Below, piece by piece: positions 63,749 through 64,000 of a stretch of 64,000 bases of DNA. The translations under genes and the position numbers were made by a program. The DNA lies in the NCBI GenBank assembly GCA_051306365.1, contig JBPPNC010000105.1:27340-91339 (forward strand). The letters are read 5' to 3'. This DNA is from Solirubrobacteraceae bacterium. GTDB lineage: Bacteria > Actinomycetota > Thermoleophilia > Solirubrobacterales > Solirubrobacteraceae. A model generated the notes under the pieces. That model saw only the letters and a program-made list of their open reading frames with translations, had not been told where the DNA came from and ran no database searches. The first letter of the stretch is position 1. Each line of letters starts with the position of its first letter.

Positions 63749-64000
63749 ATGACCTTCGTGTACTCCCACCCCACCCCGGATCACGACATCGGCGTCGTGG
63801 GCAGCGGCGTCGCGGGCCTCGGCATGGCGATCGGCCGGCAGCAGCAGGGCCGCACCGACATGGTCGTCCTCGAGCAGCGCGACAGCGTCGGCGGTACGTG
63901 GCGGGAGCGGACGGCCGACCGCTTCGGCATCCGCCCGACGATCCGTCTGAACAGCCGCATGACCGCCGCCGGGTCGGACGAGGCCGCGCAATTCTGGCGC
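63749..64000 (+). CDS. flavin-dependent (class B/BVMO-like) monooxygenase, 5' part; runs off the window
   Basis: DIGVVGSGVAGLGMA...VVLEQRDSVGGTW is the FAD-binding motif. The frame is open to nt 64000. The gene is divergent from the TetR relic. Confidence 0.5.
   Translation, partial: MTFVYSHPTPDHDIGVVGSGVAGLGMAIGRQQQGRTDMVVLEQRDSVGGTWRERTADRFGIRPTIRLNSRMTAAGSDEAAQFWR

Noticed and set aside
1-64000. Search for CRISPR arrays, rRNA or tRNA genes, and tandem repeat arrays.
   Set aside because: No spaced direct repeats or cloverleaf-like segments were seen in any intergenic region. All spacers are short or explained by the features listed.

Overview
GC-rich, actinobacterial-style chromosomal window with tightly packed genes. 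I found no rRNA, tRNA, CRISPR array, transposase or integrase. Positions 1-24.6 kb are one large, apparently intact surface-glycan locus. It encodes a CDP-3,6-dideoxyhexose core (rfbF, rfbG, rfbH) joined to a YerE-like ThDP enzyme, a DHQS-like cyclase, an HpcH-like aldolase and two reductase/epimerase-type enzymes. It also encodes a polyprenyl-phosphate GT2 + GtrA + GT-C membrane transferase set, several GT2/GT4 enzymes (one 1189-aa fusion protein), a CE4-GT2 fusion and two methyltransferases. The rest of the window is housekeeping or accessory: ctaA, an Fbp-type iron ABC importer, an imelysin-like lipoprotein with an N-terminally extended FTR1 permease, TerC with a possible Mn riboswitch, two acyl-CoA dehydrogenases, a thiolase, a GMC oxidoreductase, a PhoX-like protein, a multi-PAS GGDEF protein, secreted peptidases and FadR/TetR/XRE regulators. 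The 34-64 kb part holds an unusually high number of decayed genes: sterol-desaturase stub, nucleotidyltransferase, patatin, EAL, RTX-like, benE, TetR and possibly a flavin monooxygenase. Candidate cis elements are a perfect FadR-type palindrome, 11-nt-phased PHO-box-like repeats, a TTAGG-N4-CCNAA motif upstream of both iron operons, and several hairpins. All functions are inferred from motifs I recognised by eye in the translations. No database search was run.
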